Below, piece after piece: positions 52,851 to 64,000 of a stretch of DNA of 64,000 nt. The stretch's first letter is position 1, and every line of letters starts with the position of its first letter. The notes below the pieces were generated by a model that was given only the letters and a program-made list of their open reading frames with translations, made no database searches and was not told the origin of the DNA. The stretch lies in assembly GCF_009914755.1 (NCBI RefSeq), contig NC_060926.1; one strand, 5' to 3'. This DNA comes from the human T2T-CHM13v2.0 reference genome, Homo sapiens. Position numbers and translations under genes: made by a program.

Positions 52851-55800
52851 GTTTACTTCTAAGTAGCTTCTCTAATTTTTAAAGTTTTTTTGATTTTTAA
52901 TTTTGGTGAGTACATAGTAGGTATGTTATTTCTTGGGTACATGAGATGTTTTGATATAGGCATGCAACACATAATAATCACATCATGAAGAATGAGGTAT
53001 TCATCCCCCCAAGCATTTATCCTTTGTGTTACAACCAATCCAATTCTACTCCATTATTTTAAAGTATACAGTTAAGTTATTATTGACTATTGTCACCTTG
53101 TTGTGGTATCAAATACTAGGTCTTATCTAATCTTTCTGTTTTGTGTACCCATTAATTATACCCAACTCACCCCCACTCCTCCACTACCTTTCCTAGCCTT
53201 TGGTATCTTTCTACTCTATAGCTACATGAATTCAATTGTTTTCATTTTTAGATCCCACAAATACATGAGAATATGCCATGCTTGTCCTTCTATGTCTGGT
53301 TTATTTCACTTAACATAATGATCTCTGGTTCCATCCATGTTATTTCAAATGACAGGATCTCATATTTTTATGGCTGAATAATACTCCATTGTGTATAGAT
53401 GCCACATTTTTTTATCCATTCATCTATTGATGGACACTTATGCTGTTTCCAAATTTGGCAATTGGGAACAATGCTACAACAAATATAAGCGTGCAGATAG
53501 CACATCGATAAACTGATTTCCTTTCTTTTGGGTATATACCCAGCAGTAGAATTGCCACATCATATGGTAGCTCTGTCTTTAGTTTTTGGAGGAACATGCA
53601 CACTGTTCTCCATAATGTTTGTACTAATTTACATTCCCACCAACAGTGTGCAAGGGTTCCCTTTTCTCCACATCTTCACCAGCATTTGTTATTGCCTGTC
53701 TCTTAGATATAAACTATTTTAACTGGGATGAGATGATATCTCATTGTAGTTTTGATTTGCATTTCTCTGATTATCAGTGAAGTTGAGTACCTTTACATAT
53801 ACGTGTTTGCCATTTTTATGTCTTCTTTTGACAAATGTCTATTCAAATCTTTTGCCCATTTAAAAAATCAGATTATTAGATTTTTTCCTATACAGTTGTT
53901 TGAAATACTTATGTATTTTGGTTATTAATCCCAATCAGATGGGTAGTTTGCAAATATTTCCTTCCAGCCTGTGGATTGTCTCTACACTTTGGTGATTGTT
54001 TCCTTGGCTGTGTGGAAGGACTTGATGTGATTCCATTTGTCCATGTTTCCTTCAGATGCCTGCGCTTGTGAGGTATTGCTTAAGAAATTTTTGCCCACAC
54101 CAATGTCCTGCAGATTTATGCCCCCATGGTTTTCTGTAGTAATTTCTTAGTGAGGTCTTAGATTTAAGTGTTTATTCATTTTGATTTGATTTTTCATATG
54201 GTGAGAGATAAAGGGTCTAGCTTCATTCTTTGCATAGGATACTGAGTTTACCCAGTGCCAATTATTAAAGAGATTGTCTTTTCCCAAGTGTATGTTCTTG
54301 ACACCTTTGTCAGAAAGGAGTTCACTGTAGGTGTGTGGAGTTGTTCCTAGGTTCTTTATTGTAGTCTATTGGTCTGTGTGTCTGTTTTGATGCCAGTGCC
54401 ATGCTGTTTTTGTCACTACAGCTCTATAGTACAATTTGAAGTCAGGTAACGTGATTCCTTCAGACTTTTTTATTTTTTTTTGCTTAGGATAGCTTTCACT
54501 ATTCTGGGTCTTTTGTGGTTTCATTTAAATTTTAGGACTGTTTTACTATTTCTGTGAAGAATTTTATTAGTGTTTTAATAGGGAATTACATTGAATCTGT
54601 TGATTGCTTTGGGGAGTATGAACATTTTAACAATATCGATTCTTCCATTCCATTAATATGGAATATCTTTCAATTTTTTTATGTTCCCTTCCATTTTTCT
54701 CATCAATGTTTCATAGGTTTTATTATAGAGCTCTTTCACTTCTTTTGTTAATTTCTATGTATTTAATTCTATGTGTGGGTATTGTAAGTGGGATTACATT
54801 TTTTTTTCAGATTCTTCACTGTTGGCATGTGGAAATGCTACTAATTTTTGTATGTTGATTTTGTATGCTGCAACTTTACTGAATTTATCAGTTCTAATCA
54901 TTCTTTGATGTAGTTTTTAGATTTTTTCAGATACAAAGTCATATCATCTGCAAACAAGGATAATTTGACTTTTTCTTTTTGAATTTGTATGCCGTTTATA
55001 TATTTCTTTTGTCTGATTGCTCTAACTAGAACTTCCAGTAATATGTTGAATAATAGTGGTGAAAGTTAGTATCCTTGTCATGTTCCAGATCTTACAGGAA
55101 AGGCTTTCAGGTTTCCCCATTCTGTATGATACTAGCTGTGGGTCTATCATATATGGCTTTTACTATGTTGAGGTACGTTCCTTCTATCCCCAGTGTTTTG
55201 AAGGTTTTTATCATGAAGGGATATTGAATTTTATCAAATGCTTTTTCAGCATCAATTGAAGTGATCATATAGTTTGCATCCTAGAGATAAATCCTACTTG
55301 ATCGTGATGAATGTGATGATCTTTTTAATATTTTGTGAATTTGATTTGCAGTTTATTGGGGGGATTTTGGCATCAATATTCATCAGAGATATTGGCCTAT
55401 AGTTTTCTTTTTTTGATGTATCTTTGTCTGGTTTTGTCATCAGAGTGATACTGGCTTTGTAGAATGAGATTGGAAGTATCCCCTCCTACTCTTTTGTTTT
55501 TGGAATAGTTTCAGTAGAATTGATATTAGTTCTTCTTTAAAGATTTGGTAGAATTCAGCAGTGACGTCATTGTGTCCTGGGCTTTTATTTATTTGGAGAC
55601 TTTTCATTATCGCTTTAATTTCATTACTTGTTATTGGTCTATTCAGGTTTTAGATTTCTTTATGATTCAATCTTGAGAGGTTGTATGTGACTAGGAATTT
55701 ATCAACTTCTTCTAGATTTTTCCATTTATTGGCACACAGTTGCTCATAGGAGCCACTAATGATCCTTTGAATTTCTGTGGTATCAATTTTAATGTGTTAT

Positions 55801-58800
55801 TTTTTATCTCTGATTTTATTTATTTGGATTTTCTCTCTTTTTTTCATAGTCTTCCTAAAGGTTTGTCCATTTTGCTTAACTTTTCAAAAAAATAACTTTT
55901 TGTTTTATTGATCTTTTGTATTTTTTTCATTTCAGTTTCATTTATTTGTGCTCTGATGTTTATTATTTCTTTTCTTATTTTGGGTTTGGTTTGCTCTTGC
56001 ATTTCTAGTTTTTTAAGATGCATTGTTAGATTGTTTACTTGAACTTTTTTCTCTTTTTTGACATAGGCACATATAGCTAAAATCTTCCCTGTTACGAACA
56101 CTTCGACACAGGGTGGGGAACATCACACACCGGGACCTGTCATGGGGGGTGGAGGGAGGGGGGAGGGATAGCATTAGGAGATATACCTAATGTAAGTGAT
56201 GAGTTAATGGGTGCAGCACACCAACATGGCACATGTATACATATGTAACAAACCTGGACATTGTGCATGTGTACCCTAGAACTTAAAGTATAATAATAAA
56301 AAAAACACTTCCCTCTTACTACTGTTTTTGCTGATTCCATAGAATTTGGTATGCCATATTTCCATTATCACTTGTTTCAAGACATTTTTTCATATCCTTC
56401 TTAATTTCTTCATTGATTCAGTGATCATTCAGGAGCATATTATTTAATTTCTATTTATTTGTATAGTTTTCAAAATTCCTCTTGTAATTGATTTCTAGTT
56501 TTATTCCATCACAGTCAGAGAAGAGGCTGGATATTCTTTCTTTTTTTTTTGAAGGTTTCAGACTTGTTTTGTGACTTAACATATAGTCTATCATTGAGAA
56601 TGATGCAAGTCCTGAGGAAAAGAATGTGTATTCTGCAGCCATTGGATATAATGTTCTGTAAATATCTTTTAGATCCATTTGGTCTATAGTACAGATTAAG
56701 TCCAACTTTTCTTTGTTGATTTTCTTTCTGGAAGATATGTCCAAGGCTTAAAGTGGGGTGTTAAAGTCTCTAGCTACCATTGTATAGGGGCCTGTCTCTC
56801 CCTTTAGCTCTAAGAATATTTGCTGTATATATGTGCGTCTTCCAGTGTTGGGTGCATATATATTTACAATTTGTATATCATCTTGCTGGATTGACCAATT
56901 TATCATTATATACTGACCTTCTTTGCCTCTTAGAGTTTTTGTCTTGAAATCTATTTTCTCTGTTATAAGAATAGCTACTACTCCTCGTTTTTTGCTTTCC
57001 ACAGGCGTGCTATATCTTTTTTCATCCCTTTATTTTCTGTCTATGTGTATCTTTATAGGTGAAGTGCGTTTCTTGTAGGTCATAGATCAATGGGTCTTTA
57101 AAAAAAAAATCCTTTCAGCTACTCTATATGTTTTGATAGGAGAGTTTAGTACATTTACATTCAATGTTATTATTGACAAGTAAGGACCTACTCTTGCCAT
57201 TTTGTTATTTGATTTTGGTTGTTTTGTGGTCTTCCTTCTTTTCTTCCTGTCTTACTTTAGAAAAGGTGATTTTCTCTGGTGATATAATTTAGTTTCTTGC
57301 TTTTCATTTTTTCTGTATCCATTGTATGTTCTTGGCTTGAGATCATCATGAGGCTTGCAAATACTATCTTATAACTCATTATTTTAAGCTGATGACAAAT
57401 TAACACTGTTTGCATAAACAAAAGAAAACTAATGAAAACTATGCCCTAACTTTGTCCCTCCACTTTTAAACATTTCATTGTTTTTATTTATATGTTATTA
57501 TACTGTCTTGATAAGTTTTATTTATTAATTTTATTTAATCATTCTACTTAAGATAACAGTAGTTTGCATACCCCAGTTACACTGTTATAAGATTCTGTGT
57601 TTTTCTGTGTACTCTCTATTACCAGTGAATTTTGTACATTCAGGTGATTACTTATTGCTCATTAATGTTCTTTGTTTCTGACCTGACTGAAGTACTCCCT
57701 TCAGAATTTCTTGCAAGATAGGTCTAGTGTTGACGTAATCCCTTAACTTTTGTTTGTCTGGGAAAGTTTGTATTTCTCCTTCATGCTTAAAGAATAGTTT
57801 CACAGGATAAACTATCCTAGGGTAAATGTTATTTTTTTTCCCCTTCAGCACTTTAAATATGTTATGCCATTCTCTCCTGGCCTGTAAGGTTTCCATTGAA
57901 AAGTCTGCTGCCAGACGTATTGGAGCTGCATTGCATGTTATTTGTTTCTTTTCCCTTGCTGCTTTTCGAATCCCTTCTTCATCCTTGACCTTTGCAAGTT
58001 TGATTTTTAAATATCTTGAGGTAATCTTCCTTGGGTTAAATCTCCTTGCTGTTCTATAACTCTTGTATCTGGATATCGATATCTTTCTCTAGGTTTAGTA
58101 ATTTCTCTGTTTTTATCCCTTTGAATAAGCTTTCAACCTCTAGCTCTTCTTCTATTTCCTCTTCAAGGCCAATAACCCCTATATTTGCCCTTTGATGCTA
58201 ATTTTACATCTTGTACACATGCTTCATTTTTTAAATTCTTTTTTTCTCCCCTGTGTATTTTCAAATAGCCTGTCTTCAAGCTCACTAGTTCTTGCTTCTG
58301 CTTGATTAATTCTGTTATTAAAAGGCTCTGATGCATTCTTCAGTATATCAATTGCATTTTTCAGCTCCAGAATTTCTCCTTGATTCTTTTTAATTATTTC
58401 AATCTCTTTGTTAAGTTTATCGGGTAGAATTCTGAATTCCTTCTCTGTGTTCTTTTGAATTTCTTTGAGTTTCTTTAATACAGCTATTTTGAATTTTCTA
58501 TCTGAAAGGTCACGTAACTGTTTATCGAGGAATAGTCCCTGGGCCATATTTTGTTCATTTGGGGATGTTATGTTTTCCTGATTGCCTTGATACTTGTAGA
58601 TGTTCTTAGATGTCTGGGTGTTGAAGAGTTAAGTGCTTATTGAAGTCTTCTAAGTCTGGGCTTGTTTGTACCTGTCCTCCTTGAAAAGACTTTCCCGATA
58701 TTTGAAAGGATTTGGGTGTTGTGATCTATGCTGTATCTGCTTTAGCAGGCATCCCAAGCCCAGTACTGCTGTGGTTTTTGAAGACTTACAGAGGTACCAC

Positions 58801-60645
58801 CTTGATGGTCTTTGACAAGATTCAGAATTCTCTGGATTACCAGACAGAGACTCTGGTTCTTTTCCCTCACTTTCTCAAAAACGGTCTCTCTCTTTCTCTG
58901 TTCTGAGCCACCTGAAGCTGGGAGTTTAGTGACATGAGCACCCCTGTGGTGACCACCACTATGAATGTGCTGAGTCAAACCTGAAGCCAGTACAGCACTA
59001 GATCTCACCCAAGGCCTGCTATAACCACTCCCTGGCTATTGCCTGTGTTCGCTCAAGGCCTGTGGTGCTCTGCAGTCAGACAGCGGAGAAGCCAGCCAGG
59101 CTTGTGTCCTTCCCTTCAGGGTGGCAAGTACCCCCATGCTCTAGGCAAGTGTAATGGTGTTGTCTGGGACCCAGGTACTAGAGTCAAAAATCTTAGAAGT
59201 CTACCTGGTGTTCTATTTACTGCGGCTAAGCTGGCACTAAAATCCCAAGACACAATACTTCCCACTCTTCCCCTCCCTTTCCAAAGGCAGAGGAGACTCA
59301 CCCAAGGCCACTGCCACCATGGTTCCACGAGGAGTACTTCCAGACTACCACCAATGTTCTAAGACCCAAAGACACTACCATCAGCTTTGTGAATGCTGCC
59401 TGACCTGGGACTCACCCTTCAGGGAACGTGGGCTCCCTTTGGCCTAGGGAAGCTCCACAAATGCCATCCAAGAGTCAATTCCTGGGACTGGGGACCCCAG
59501 TAGTACACTTGGTGCTCTACCTGCCTGTGGCTGAGCTGGTACCTAAGATGCAAGACAAAGTTCCCTTTACTTTTCCATTCACTTTCTCAAGCAGAGGGTT
59601 CTCTCCCCAAAGCCACCAAAGCTGATAATGTGCTGAGTCTCACCTGAAGCCAGCAAGTCTCAATGTGTCACCCAAGGCCCTCAATGTAGTACCTGGGTAT
59701 TGCTGCTGGTTATTAAGGGCCCAAGTGCTCTTCAGTTAGCAAGTGATGAATGCTGCTGCCAGGACTGGGTGCTTCCCTTCAAGGTAGTAGTTTTCCTTCT
59801 GACCCGAATGTGTCTAGAAATGTCCCTTCTGGCCCAGAGTCCAAAAATATCTGGTAGCTAGGGCCTAGAAAGAGGGCCTCATGACTCTGACCCCTGCCCT
59901 ATCCTGCTTTGTCTGAGTTAGTATCAATGATGCAAGACAAATACCTCCCCCCTTTCTCTCTCTCCACTCTCAAGCAGAAAAAAAAGGAGTCTCTTTTGGA
60001 TCCACGAGCTGTGCAATCTGGGTTTTGGGTAGGGGTGATTCTAGCACTTCCTTACCCACCCCAGCTGATGTCTCAGTAAGTCATCTGCCCTCTAGTCCAG
60101 TGTCTTGGGGCCCAGTTCAGCACTAGGACTCTCCTAGGAGTTGCAGTCCTTATGGCCTAGACTGCCTTTTCAGTTTATTTAGAGTCGTAGAGAACTTCAG
60201 TCCATGGTGGCAAGACTTGTGGGAACTCAAATTATGACTGCTGGGATTGGCAATTCCCCTCTGACTAGGGCTGGTTTAAATGCTCCCTCCATGGATGGGT
60301 GTCAGCTGAGTTTGGTCCAGCCTTTCTTTCTGCTATAACCCGGCAACTCTGAGTTCAATGCCTCACAATTACTGTGCTCTCCTTCCAACAGTGTACAGAA
60401 ACTCTCTCAGCACCACACTGCTGCTGCTGCTGGGGGAGGGGAGAGGGGTGGTGTCAACCATTCAAGAGATTTTTTTGTCACCTCCTCAGTGCCTCTTTCA
60501 GGGATATAACAAGTTAAAACCGGATATTGTGAGTGCTCACTTCATTATTGGTTCCTACGAAAGTCCTTTTTGTGTATGTGAAGATAGTTGTTAAATTGGT
60601 GTTCTTGTTGCAGAGACAGTGGGGCCTTCTATTCTAATATCTTTT
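52851..60645 (-). mobile_element. Full-length degenerate L1MA1-3 (~7.8 kb) with 12-bp TSD
   Basis: L1MA 3'UTR, then ORF2 fragments including the endonuclease (56748..57002 GVVAILI…IVNIYAPN), ORF1 fragments (57648..57896, 58224..58547) and a ~2 kb 5'UTR. TSD CCACTGATCTTT at 52839-52850 and 60646-60657. Confidence 0.93.
56096..56302 (+). mobile_element. Short L1PA4/5-type 3'-end insertion, antisense to the host L1
   Basis: GGGAGGGATAGCATTAGGAGATATACCTAATGTAA…CCCTAGAACTTAAAGTATAATAATAAA; TSD AAAATCTTCCCTGTTAC / AAACACTTCCCTCTTAC. Confidence 0.93.
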
Positions 60646-61156
60646 CCACTGATCTTTTTAGTCTCTATAGTTTTGCCTTTTCCAGTATGTTAGATAGTTG
60701 AAATCACATAGTGTGTTGCATTTTCAAAAGCTTCTTTCACTAAGGAATATGCATTTAAGTTTTCTTCATGTCTTTTGTGGCTAAATCATTCATTTTCTTT
60801 TATCACTGAATAGTATTCCATTCTATGGTTATATCACAATTTGTTTATTAATTCACCTTTTGAAGAACATTTTGGTTGCTTCCAGTTTTTGGCAACTATA
60901 AACAAAGCTCCTAAGACATTCATATGCAGGGTTTTGTGTAGACAAATGATTTCAATAAATTTTTGTAAATATTTAGCAGTACAATTGCTGAATGATGTGG
61001 TAAGCTTATGTATAGTGTTATAAGAAACTCTGAAACAGCCACACAAAGTAGCTATTCCAGTTTTTATTCCCTAAATCAATGAATGAGAGTTCTTGTTCCT
61101 CTCCATCATTGCTCAAATTTGATTTCATCAGTATTTTGAATTTTAGCTATTTTGAT

Positions 61157-61158
<2 letters not shown>

Positions 61159-61203
<45 letters not shown>
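61159..61203. repeat. (TG)n(TA)n compound microsatellite
   Basis: Direct read. Confidence 0.95.
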
Positions 61204-62505
61204 CTCACCAAACTCAAAGCTACATAGATTTTCTTCTATGTTATTGTATAAAATTTTAAAGATTTTTATTTTACATTTAGGTTTATGATCTGAGTTAAAT
61301 TTTATTGAAGAATGTAAGGTCTGTTACTAGATTCATTTTTGTTGCACATAAATATCCAGGTGTTGCAGCACTATTTGTTGAAATGACCATATTTTTGCCA
61401 TCGAATTGCCTTAACTTTTTTGACAAAGATCAATCTACTCTATTTGTATGGGTTCATTTCTGGATTCTCTATTTTGTTTCATTATTTGTCTTTTTTTGTT
61501 TTTGCCAGTGCCAGACTATCATCTTAATTACTGTAGTTTTTTAGTAAATGTCAAAGACCTATAGTGTTAGTACTCTGACTTTTTTCTTCAATGTCGTTTT
61601 GGCTCTTCTGGTGTTTTGCTTTTTTGCATGAGTTTCAGAATCAGTTTTTCAGTATCTGTACAATAACTTGGAATTTTGAGTGATATTGCATGCATATACA
61701 AATCAAGTTTAGAAGAACAGAGACAAAATTGAGTCTTCCTTCTATGAACACAGAATATGTCTCCATTTATTTAGATTTTCTTTTATAGCTTTCCTCAGCA
61801 TCTTATAATTTTCCTCATATAGATCTTGTACAAATTTGTTAGTTTATATCAAAGTTTTTCATTTTGTTGAGGATGCTAATGTAAATAAAAATTTGGTTGT
61901 AACTTCAGATTTCATCTATTACTGGTATATAGAAAATAAATAGAATTTTGTATATTGACCTGGTATCATGCAACCTTTTTGTAATTGCTTGCCAGTTCCA
62001 AGAGTTTTTTGGTATGTCAGTTCTCTCAGATTTTCTACGAACTTGCCATTTATGAACAAAGACAGTTTTATTTCTTTCTTCAAAATCTGTATATATTTTT
62101 TCTTCATTTAGTTAGCTCATTGCATTAGCTACAATTTCCAGTATGATGTTAAACAGGAGTGGTGAGAATATAGAAAAAAACTAGTTTCTCATCCCTAAGG
62201 ATGACACTAGCTGTATTTTTTTGGTATGTGTCCTTTATCAAATTGAAGACATTCCCCTCTATGCCTAGTATAATGAGAGTTTTTACTATAAATTGATGAT
62301 GAATTTTGTGATTTTTTTACATCTAATGATGTGATTGTATAATTATCTTTTTTAACTTGTTGATATGATAGCTTAACATTAATTGATTTTTACACATTGA
62401 ACCAATATTTTATACCAGAAGTAAATCCCATTAAATTATGGTATAAAATTATTTTCATATATTATTTGATTTGGATTCAATATTCTAGTATTTTGTTGAG
62501 GATTA

Positions 62506-63264
62506 TAATATGAACAGGAAGCAGGGAAATACTGGGTAGAAGAGGGTGGTTCCCCAGCAAAAGCCCCACCCTCAAGCCTAGAAACCCATGGCCCTAAATG
62601 GGAACAGACATTCCTGTTTTTTTGCCCAAATGTTGCCTTGTCCAAGACCACTCTGACCCACCATTCCTTCATCCTGTACCCATAAAAACCCCAAAAGCAG
62701 AAGAGTGGCAGAGTGGCAGAGGAGCAGAACAGTACAACAGAGAAGGAGAGAAGAGAAGGAGCATCTGAAAGTTGAGAGGAGTTTGTCTTGGGACATCAGA
62801 GAGATCAGCCACTGGATGGCCCAACTCCAGGGAAACATCATCTTCCCACTCCATCCCCTTTCCAGCACCCCATCCATCCCACTGAAAGCCACCTCTATCA
62901 ATTAATAAAATCCCTGCATTCACCATTCTTCAAGTCTGCATGATCCAATTATTCCTGGACACCAGTGAAGGCCCAAGTACAAAGAGGGCAGGATGTAAAA
63001 GGCTGTTACCCTGACTCTCCACTGAGCTGGTTTAACACTTAGCCATCTGTGGACAGCAACTGCTAAAAGAGCATTAATTGTAACACACCCCTAGGGTGTG
63101 TTACAGTGGGCCACAGCCCAAAAGCACTCATCCCAACTCCTGCACCTGCCTGTCTGTGTGCTGCCCCTCACATAAGGGATTTGAGCTCAGGGCAGCCAGC
63201 TGGGCAAACAAACCATCCTCCTGTCACAAGTCCCACAAAGGGGTCAGGAAACTCTCCTGTCTCA
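62506..63264 (+). mobile_element. MER50-like ERV1 solo LTR with 4-bp TSD
   Basis: ACAGGAAGCAGGGAAATACTGGGTAGAAGAGGG start, AATAAA at ~62904, ends CTCCTGTCTCA; flanked by ATTA on both sides. Confidence 0.9.
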
Positions 63265-63905
63265 ATTAGTGCATTCACATTTATGAGAGATATTGACCTT
63301 TACGGTATGTCTTTATTTTCGTTTGTTATTAAGGCAGCGCTGGCCTTATAGAATGAATTAGAAAGTGTTCCTTCTGTCTATATTTTTACAAGAGGTTGTG
63401 GAGAGTTAATATACTATTTTACTTAAATGCTTTGTAGAATTCATAGTGAACCCATCTGGACCTGGTGTTTCTGTTTTGGAGGACTATTGTCTATTCAGTT
63501 ACTCTAATAGATATAGTCCTATTTGGATTATCTATTTCTTCTCATGTGAGTTTTGATAGATTGTGTTCTTCATGAAATTGGTGCATTTCATCTAAGTTGT
63601 CAGATTTGTGGGCCTAGAGTCTTTCATAATATTAATTTATTTTCCTTTTGCCCACAGGATCAGTAGTGATGGCTCCATTTTCATTTCTGAGAATGGTAAT
63701 TTGTGTCACTTTTTTCTTGGTTAAATGCTCATTTTCCCTTCTGACATTTTTGTTTTCTTACGTACATAGACACACATGTGCACACACACATACTTTCTAT
63801 TCTCGAGAGAGAGAGGTATAGAAATGCACATTGTGACAGACTGTTAGTCCTTCTGCTTTTGTTGGCAAACAATGTGAATAATATATAAAAAGGAAGCTCA
63901 CTTAC

Positions 63906-63980
63906 TTGACTATTATCAAACCCAGGCGTGCACCATGTGGAAATCAGGAGAATAATAACTGCCAGGCTTTTGATGGCCTC
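63906..63980 (-). other. Candidate 75-nt spliced exon of an unidentified transcript
   Basis: Minus strand TTATTGCTTTGGGTATACAG|GAGGCC…AGTCAA|GTAAGTGAG in non-repeat sequence; phase-0 frame is open. Confidence 0.35.
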
Positions 63981-64000
63981 CTGTATACCCAAAGCAATAA

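Larger units (their letters stand above)
60646..63720 (-). mobile_element. L1MC1/2-type continuation (3'UTR and ORF2), interrupted by an STR and MER50
   Basis: Minus ORFs 60834..61046 (ALFIVAKNWKQPKC) and 61919..62107 (KKEIKLSLF). Confidence 0.85.

Noticed and set aside
56143-56167. G-quadruplex-like G runs
   Set aside because: Standard feature of L1PA 3'UTRs.
55844-58547. L1 ORF1/ORF2 peptides as a functional retrotransposon
   Set aside because: Broken into short pieces by stops, frameshifts and an L1PA insertion.
58960-59960. Spaced repeats (GTGCTGAGTC..ACCTGAAGCCAG, GATGCAAGACAAA) resembling an array
   Set aside because: They are degenerate internal repeats of the L1MA 5'UTR, not CRISPR-like or novel.
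63729-63992. 87-aa minus-strand ORF as a single-exon gene
   Set aside because: TTG start, and it runs through a consensus splice donor into (CA)/(GA) low-complexity sequence; only the exon-sized part was kept as a candidate.

Overview
AT-rich, CpG-depleted primate genomic DNA (AluS/AluY-type, L1PA, MST and MER50 elements point to a simian, human-like genome). Most of the window is old, degenerate transposable elements, often nested: a 3' remnant of an ERV1 provirus with a recognisable env TM motif and LTR, two 5'-end-retaining L1MA copies, many L1 fragments, two complete MaLR elements (MSTB-like, MSTA-like), a long CR1/L3 remnant, L2/MIR, Alus, small DNA transposons (MER75A-, MER44-, MER47-, MER5-like) and a MER50 solo LTR. 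I find no credible protein-coding gene, RNA gene, CpG island or CRISPR array; the supplied ORFs are repeat-derived or chance. A few unique stretches have exon-like splice-site pairs (possible lncRNA exons). I see no evidence of a new biological system, and the findings are modest local curiosities. Repeat subfamily names come from recalled consensus sequences, not a database search, and many boundaries are approximate.
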